From: Giardia intestinalis
Taxonomy: Eukaryota
Length of the DNA stretch: 64,000 nt
Assembly: GCA_000002435.2 (NCBI GenBank)
Contig: CM018792.1
Reading direction: 5' to 3' (one strand)
A model generated the notes under the pieces. It had not been told where the DNA came from and did not search any database. It worked only from the letters and a program-made list of their open reading frames with translations. A program made the translations under genes and the position numbers. Of this stretch, positions 60,901 through 64,000 are shown piece after piece. Position 1 is the first letter of the stretch; each line of letters opens with the position of its first letter.

Positions 60901-63900
60901 ATTTGGATGGGGGTCCATTATACTCTTACTAGCGTCAAAAGTGCTATTGAGTTGGTAGAGGCAGCGCAACTTACTGAGTGGTCTCTGTCGTGCCTTGCTG
61001 ACTGCATCAACGCCAATCCCGGTGCAGACCCTTTGTTGACAGACGCCAATGTCACAACTGAAAACGTAAGCGAGTTTTTGAAGGCCAACCCAGGAATCGA
61101 TGCCCTTCAGGTCATGGAGCGCTGCCTGGTGAAGCGTCCTCGGCGACTCTTCGAGCCAATGCTTCAGTATCCAGACGGATTCTCCGCTTGTCTTAGCTAC
61201 ATGAATCACTTGGGCCTTGACACATATCGCTACGATTACTTGACCGTTGGAGATCGTCAGACAGGATCCCTGGGAACCAACGAGACGCAGTTCAATTGGT
61301 ACTACATTGGCGTAGTAGGTGACGCCTCGAAGGTCGAGACCTCAGACAGCGTATCATTGAGTCTGTCTTTGGACGACCCCCTTATAGCAAGCTCTCCAAC
61401 GGGAGGGCTTGACTATTATGTCGCAAACGAACCCCAGCAGATCTCTTTCTCTCCCCAGAACTTTGGGGATGTGTGGAGGAGGGGCGTGGAGGCAGGCCTC
61501 AGACACCCCTTGGACTCCGATGACCTGTTCTCGCTTGTGGCCCCCCGCATGACTGTACCTCAGTATCTTCGCAGTGACACATCTCCGCCCCCGAAGGATA
61601 CAGAGAATCGCACACTTCTGCTTGAGGAGACAATTCTTCGCCAACCCACGGCAAGTGACTTCTTCGAGGGGATTACGTCCACAATTGGCAGCACATTTAC
61701 CAAGCCAGACTGCTTCGATTCACAGCCGGCTGTACAAGCACGTGTGGTTCGCAGGGTGTTCAGAAGCATCCCTGCGGTTATCTTTCAACCAGGCCAGCAC
61801 GAGGCAGGCAGTGCGTTGCTTCTTAAGATGTATGCTATGCTTCCTCCTCTCGGGCCACAAGGCAAGGCCTATCGTGATTGGGTCATTACCTTTACTCCAT
61901 CGAAAGAGCGGGTCGATACGCCAGCATCTACCTCGAAATATTTCATCCCCACTTTATTTCAATATCTGTACAAATATGCTAACGGTGCCATTGATATCAC
62001 GAAAACCGATCGTGTCAGGTTCACATTCACGACGATTGGGGCGGATGCGATGGCCAAGATGACCGGCGCTCTCTTCCGTCAGCACCTCATAGAGTCTCTT
62101 CGGGACACGCTCGGCGTAGAGGAGGCGTGGCGCCAAGGGACAGAATTCACCTATGACGGGTCCGTGATGAGTATCCCTAGACGATATCTGAACAGAGATC
62201 TCATATTCGAAACTCCGGGGGCAGCTCTGCAATCGATGGAGATAATGAGTGACTACTACTTAGTGTTCCTCTTGTTGCTAGGAAGCGTTATTGTAGCTGG
62301 CCGCGCTGCCCGGGAGTTTCAGCAGCGCACCGTGACCCTTCTTCACCTCCACGGGGCCTCTGAAATGCGCGTTGTCATGGTTCTTATCCTGTACTTCAGC
62401 ATCTGGACCATCATCCCCACAATACTGATTGCAGCGGCCTTGACAGCACTCTTTAAGGACGCCTTCTTCATCCACGGTCCTGCAGTGGCCGCTGTCGCAT
62501 ATACCTGCCTGGGAATGATAGCTCTTTCCAGCGTGTTCAATGCAGTCCTAGTGGCCGTGCTCCTTCGCTCTCAGCAGAACGCCATGCTGACCGTGGTTCT
62601 CCAGATCCTCATCGCTGTCTTTGTCTCCGGCTCTCTCAGGGCCGAGGGAGCAGTGGCCGCCGTCCTGGGCCTTCTGGCTCCTGGTGTGGGGTACATGCCC
62701 GTGCTGCGAAACGCCATAGGACTTAGCCGCATTAGCTGGGGATCCCTTGCCCTCTCGTTTCTGATATCGCTGCTAGAGGTCTTTGCCTCGCTTGGCGTGC
62801 TGCTGCTCAGGAAGATTCGGGTCCGCCAGAGGATCAAAGACAGGACCCCTGACGGATCAGATTCAGAGGAGTCTGGACTGCTGAGCGGGCTGTCAGAAAC
62901 AACTTCCATGACCAGCCTCAATTTGGAGAGGAAGGATGCACCTCCCAGACACCCTGACAACCACCTCAGCGTGCAGGGGATCTCGCACAGCTATCGCAAG
63001 GGCGCCCACGCGCTCGACAACGCCTCGTTTTCGGTGCCGGCGGGGAGCATCTTCGCCCTGCTCGGCGCCAACGGGGCCGGGAAGTCTACGATGATGCACG
63101 CCCTGACCGGAGTCCTGAGGCCGACTGCTGGAAGCGCTCTCTGCGTGCGTAACGAGGCCGACAGCAGATGGGTTGACCTCTTCCGGCGGGTCCACCACAG
63201 CCGGTACATCACAGTTGTTCCCCAGCACGACCTTTACTGGCCGCAGCTCACGGTCCGCGACCACGTGAAGATCATCCGAGGGCTCACGCCCAGGGCACTT
63301 CGGCCAAACATCAAGTCGACGGACCACGTGCTCCGCCTGGTGGGGCTGGCCGAGCACGCCGACAAGAGGGCCAGTGCGCTCTCGGGCGGGATGCGGCGGC
63401 GCCTCACGCTCGCGATGGTCCTAGTCTCGTCTCCCTCGCTCATTTGCCTCGACGAGGCGACGACGGGCTTCTCGGGGCGCCTGAGGAAGCGGGTCTGGGA
63501 CGCCATTCTTGCCAGCAAGGGCGCCAACAAGACGCTCATCGTCACGAGCCACGACATGGCCGAGGTGGAGGCCCTGGCAGACACATGCTGCGTCCTCCGG
63601 AAGGGCCGGGTCATCGCCAGCGGGTCTGTCGATGATCTCTGTGCACAGAGTCGCGTGGCCTACACGCTCACTGTCGCGTGCGGATCATTGAAGGCATTCG
63701 ACACCTACCTTGCTGGCCCCCACAAGTGCGCCTGTGAATTCTCTGGTGGGCTGCTTGCAGACGCCGAAGTCAACAGCGTTGCACGGCTAGTCAAGTACAG
63801 GATCCCTCAAGGTGTGGACCTCGAGACGGCCATCTCCTCTCTGTCCTCGGTCGGGTGCCTAACGCACGCCTGGGCACTGACGCATGCACGCCTGGAAGAG

Positions 63901-63927
63901 GCGTTCATTGATTTAGTAGAACTCTAA
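57988..63927 (+). CDS. Full-length ABC transporter, ABCA-like (TMD-NBD-TMD-NBD), about 1,979 aa
   Basis: NBD1 has Walker A ATSGGGKST, signature LSGGMLRRLALA, Walker B RLILLDEITVGVDP and H-loop SSHD. NBD2 has Walker A GANGAGKST, signature LSGGMRRRLTLA, Walker B LICLDEATTGFS and H-loop TSHD. Hydrophobic multi-helix blocks precede each NBD, and a large loop follows the first helix of each half. The track start at 57973 is a TTG. The first ATG is at 57988. Confidence 0.9.
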   Translation: MLPVLRLYLKTARAHLYLYICMIVMPVVVMAAVALFFSFEDRLQSPSSGLGEGTLPRLPLCRDLPGCTSQTVYLAFSPDTIEARRVVDRLAQQNGLESERIVAVKDRATMQRLVAGKNLGPSFVDDVIAANLGETVRRHLLGADGSLASILTPRGVLADRGVVAEMLDTAYGLDDRTLDAFDDEWAASMGPADSVFLALDLNISNREASDIPQAVQYSLWYSQEMMTWYAVKHPSPRTRSSTPNSYAMSYVWSPVSFSIFEAIHNALTGTFIGKTISYSLGEYPSQGSTTTLAGMQAYMILQLSIFLECILTLIFAAHFRGPFQTTLRRLGVSEFCMYGLTFGTLLIANLLAYGLLFGAGSLFKLFPFSNYTPSLNALVSITFALITTASVLLLHMFFYNTSVAIAFGTVALILLVAFPFLILLEQPDYPTIWTQFAIPTWLTKVFYVLFPPLGLVAICDMMITLRPERMSTLLVGQSASMYGLELLFNDIDGYHSKHFSCLGTMVASISECTFQLPYLGSLVVMSLIQSTLALPLLTLVLLFCKHEPGSQGLPLGFLCSRKFYRTRCPKDNPEFPFLSVSGLRKTYRKAKRCTVVKEEALCGLDLHLEQGEVTGLVATSGGGKSTALGIMAGELAPSGGQCAGLGHDLLCPYTARSLRGFISLCPQEWNNLWINLTVRENVLLCAEIRARVTGRLGELQHRSGSLDGYVDELLKRLGLHDHAHKQASALSGGMLRRLALANATAGGPRLILLDEITVGVDPILKRQIWAYVRALVTEGAAAVLSSHDANEIAELATRVVVLKAGRTQADAPVVQLLEEHGDYVVSVTSESRDAISRVALLLSTELGTLLGVGAKELSVTMDPRRASISIPATLVPDAHTLTSLIQHCRAFEKREGVQVAVSRARLEDVFEHLLDGEDDAQPEPLRSVTLDEDRKPSVTRHLLLLFLSLDLQEHCRSFVSILAALTALFVLIWMGVHYTLTSVKSAIELVEAAQLTEWSLSCLADCINANPGADPLLTDANVTTENVSEFLKANPGIDALQVMERCLVKRPRRLFEPMLQYPDGFSACLSYMNHLGLDTYRYDYLTVGDRQTGSLGTNETQFNWYYIGVVGDASKVETSDSVSLSLSLDDPLIASSPTGGLDYYVANEPQQISFSPQNFGDVWRRGVEAGLRHPLDSDDLFSLVAPRMTVPQYLRSDTSPPPKDTENRTLLLEETILRQPTASDFFEGITSTIGSTFTKPDCFDSQPAVQARVVRRVFRSIPAVIFQPGQHEAGSALLLKMYAMLPPLGPQGKAYRDWVITFTPSKERVDTPASTSKYFIPTLFQYLYKYANGAIDITKTDRVRFTFTTIGADAMAKMTGALFRQHLIESLRDTLGVEEAWRQGTEFTYDGSVMSIPRRYLNRDLIFETPGAALQSMEIMSDYYLVFLLLLGSVIVAGRAAREFQQRTVTLLHLHGASEMRVVMVLILYFSIWTIIPTILIAAALTALFKDAFFIHGPAVAAVAYTCLGMIALSSVFNAVLVAVLLRSQQNAMLTVVLQILIAVFVSGSLRAEGAVAAVLGLLAPGVGYMPVLRNAIGLSRISWGSLALSFLISLLEVFASLGVLLLRKIRVRQRIKDRTPDGSDSEESGLLSGLSETTSMTSLNLERKDAPPRHPDNHLSVQGISHSYRKGAHALDNASFSVPAGSIFALLGANGAGKSTMMHALTGVLRPTAGSALCVRNEADSRWVDLFRRVHHSRYITVVPQHDLYWPQLTVRDHVKIIRGLTPRALRPNIKSTDHVLRLVGLAEHADKRASALSGGMRRRLTLAMVLVSSPSLICLDEATTGFSGRLRKRVWDAILASKGANKTLIVTSHDMAEVEALADTCCVLRKGRVIASGSVDDLCAQSRVAYTLTVACGSLKAFDTYLAGPHKCACEFSGGLLADAEVNSVARLVKYRIPQGVDLETAISSLSSVGCLTHAWALTHARLEEAFIDLVEL

Positions 63928-64000
63928 AGAGGCGAGTGCTTGACGTAACTAAAGCTTGACTATGAAAGGTACAAAAATGAAAATCAATATGCAGGTCACA

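Overview
This window is eukaryotic. It reads as a Giardia intestinalis (lamblia/duodenalis) nuclear chromosome segment. The evidence is a VSP ending in CRGKA with the VSP-type extended poly(A) signal, Protein 21.1-type ankyrin genes, a NEK-ankyrin pseudokinase, 11-140 bp intergenic spacers and AT-rich initiators directly before ATGs. There are no prokaryotic defence systems, CRISPR arrays, rRNA or convincing tRNA genes.

Layout:
(i) 1-21,965 is one uninterrupted minus-strand ORF of at least 7,321 codons. The supplied ORF track omits it because it has no stop inside the window. It carries a dynein heavy chain AAA1 signature (LVIT, 23 residues, then GxxxxGKT) about 4,590 residues from its N-terminus.
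(ii) 22.1-23.0 kb holds one small gene and one candidate small ORF.
(iii) 23.3-37.5 kb is a variable-gene island. Two decayed RT-encoding non-LTR retroelement copies lie head-to-head and share an apparently perfect 489 bp inverted repeat. They bracket a 4.6 kb cassette of ankyrin genes plus a 5'-truncated OLA1/YchF fragment. A complete VSP follows, then a high-cysteine membrane protein whose TM anchor is out of frame.
(iv) 37.5-64 kb is a tightly packed housekeeping block: HAT-like repeat protein, unknown 634 aa protein, cytochrome b5, 144 aa protein, 1,675 aa coiled-coil protein, FKBP-TPR isomerase, NEK-ankyrin pseudokinase, IFT140-like protein and a full-length ABCA-type transporter.

All family assignments rest on motifs read by eye and on remembered reference sequences. 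No database search was run.
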